A stretch of DNA of 64,000 nucleotides from positions 384,001-448,000 of the forward strand of contig OY762911.1 of assembly GCA_963666565.1 (NCBI GenBank), read 5' to 3'. Below, one piece after another: positions 62,794-64,000 of the stretch (position 1 is the first letter of the stretch; the number at the start of each line of letters is the position of its first letter). The notes under the pieces were generated by a model that worked only from the letters and a program-made list of their open reading frames with translations, did no database searches and had not been told where the DNA came from. A program made the translations under genes and the position numbers. This DNA is from Thermoanaerobaculia bacterium (lineage in GTDB: Bacteria; Acidobacteriota; Thermoanaerobaculia; Multivoradales; Multivoraceae).

Positions 62794-63660
62794 CTAGCGG
62801 CTGAAGGCCCGCTGCCAGTCCTTCGCGTTCGCCGCGGAGGGGCGCATTGCCGCTTCCTCGTAGCCCTCGTCGCCGGGCAGCACGGCGCGCGCGGGCTCGT
62901 CCGGGGTGCGGCCCATCAGCACGCGGGGCTGCATGACGGGAAACTCGGCCTGGGCGTCGACGGCGGCGATGGCGGCGGCCGCGGTTTCGAACCGGTCCAG
63001 TTTCCGCAGGTTGCGGATGGTGGGGAAGATGATCATCCACTCCTTGCGGCACGCTCGCTCCAGCGCTTCCCGGGCGGTGACCCAGGCGGAACTCGTCAGT
63101 TCGTGGTCGTCGTGGGCGGCGGTCTGGTTCCGGGGCGCCCGCGTGACGAAGAAGCGGGTGTCGTAGCGCCTCGGCTGCCCTTCGGGAGTGATCCAGTGCG
63201 CCCAGTAGCTGATGCGGTCCGTGGCGAGGGTCAACCCCTCCGCGGCGGCGATGTCGAGCAGGGACCGTTCGCCGGCGTTCAGTTCGGCTCGCAGGCGTTC
63301 GAAGCGCTCTTCGACGGCCCGGTCCGAGAAGTCGAGGATCCGTCCATCGCGGTCGTAGGCCAGGAGGACGCCGGCCTCCTCGAAGCACTCGCGGATGGCG
63401 GCGACATAGAAGGTCAGGCCACCCTCGTCGAGCGCGAGCCGGGCGCTGGCCTCGCGGTCGGTGAGACCGCGGCACAGCGCTTCGTCCACCCGGTCTTCGG
63501 GGTCGACCCGGCCGCCCGGGAAGACGTAGGCGCCGCCGACGAAATCGGACCGGATGTGGCGGCGTTCCATGAACACCTCGACCCCGCGGTCGCTGTCCCG
63601 CAGCAGGAGGACGGTCGAGGCGTGCCGGGCCGCCACGGGGGACGCCGCCCGGTCAGCCAT
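62794..63660 (-). CDS. NUDIX hydrolase (Nudt19-like)
   Basis: ASTVLLLRD, YVFPGG.VD..D, AAIRECFEEAG and HWITP...RRYDTRFF. Confidence 0.92.
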   Translation of the reverse strand: MADRAASPVAARHASTVLLLRDSDRGVEVFMERRHIRSDFVGGAYVFPGGRVDPEDRVDEALCRGLTDREASARLALDEGGLTFYVAAIRECFEEAGVLLAYDRDGRILDFSDRAVEERFERLRAELNAGERSLLDIAAAEGLTLATDRISYWAHWITPEGQPRRYDTRFFVTRAPRNQTAAHDDHELTSSAWVTAREALERACRKEWMIIFPTIRNLRKLDRFETAAAAIAAVDAQAEFPVMQPRVLMGRTPDEPARAVLPGDEGYEEAAMRPSAANAKDWQRAFSR

Positions 63661-64000
63661 TCTCGCCCCCCGGCTCTTCGACCGGGCCGTCGTCCGGAGG
63701 CGTCGTGGCCCGCAGCCGCCGGGCCGTCTCCTCCGCCGCGCGCATGGCGCGGAGGAAGCTGCGGCCCGCGATGTCCTTCAGTTCCTCGTCGCTGTACCCG
63801 CGCCGCACGAGTTCCACGAACAGGTCGGGGAACGTGGAGGCGTCCTCCAGGCCGACCGGCACCGTCGGGATGCCGTCGTAGTCGGAGCCGATCCCCAGAT
63901 GCGCCGTGCCGATCAGGCCGCGGATGTGGTCGATGTGGTCGGCCACGTCGGCGAGGGACGCCCGGGCGACCGGGTTCTCGCTGCGCCAAGCCATCAACCG
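63653..64000 (-). CDS. Membrane dipeptidase (M19), C-terminal part
   Basis: DVADHIDHI, GIGSDYDG, GLED...P.L..EL..RGYSDEEL..IAG..FLR. Confidence 0.9.
   Translation of the reverse strand, partial: RLMAWRSENPVARASLADVADHIDHIRGLIGTAHLGIGSDYDGIPTVPVGLEDASTFPDLFVELVRRGYSDEELKDIAGRSFLRAMRAAEETARRLRATTPPDDGPVEEPGGENG

Overview
A very GC-rich bacterial chromosome segment. It is diderm (lpxK and waaA present), and the gene content and a characteristic C-terminal domain suggest Acidobacteriota, probably Thermoanaerobaculia (inference). Most of the window is housekeeping: polA, lpxK/waaA, dut, acnA-queE-gltA, pcnB, rmlBAC and a HAL2-type nucleotidase. It also carries an ECF-sigma-led type II secretion/type IV pilus-like operon, three CRTAC1/ASPIC-UnbV FG-GAP proteins with TPR partners, two small antitoxin-toxin-endonuclease cassettes, and about 19 copies of a REP-like hairpin (GGTGC-GCGGGTC-TTCY-GACCCGC). 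The best candidate for an undescribed system is a compositionally distinct island at about 26.2-33.8 kb. There, a Cre-like tyrosine recombinase is transcribed divergently from an exported Ig-repeat/polyproline protein and its coupled partner gene. Between them lies a 204-bp segment flanked by two identical 18-bp sites in inverted orientation. Each site has a dif/lox-like core (AGATAA-GGGCGA-TTGTCT), and the segment carries a TTGACA-N17-GACAAT promoter candidate at one end only. This looks like an invertible promoter switch. Many long ORFs in the supplied track are shadow frames; start codons were re-picked by eye, and all functional calls rest on motif recognition without database searches.
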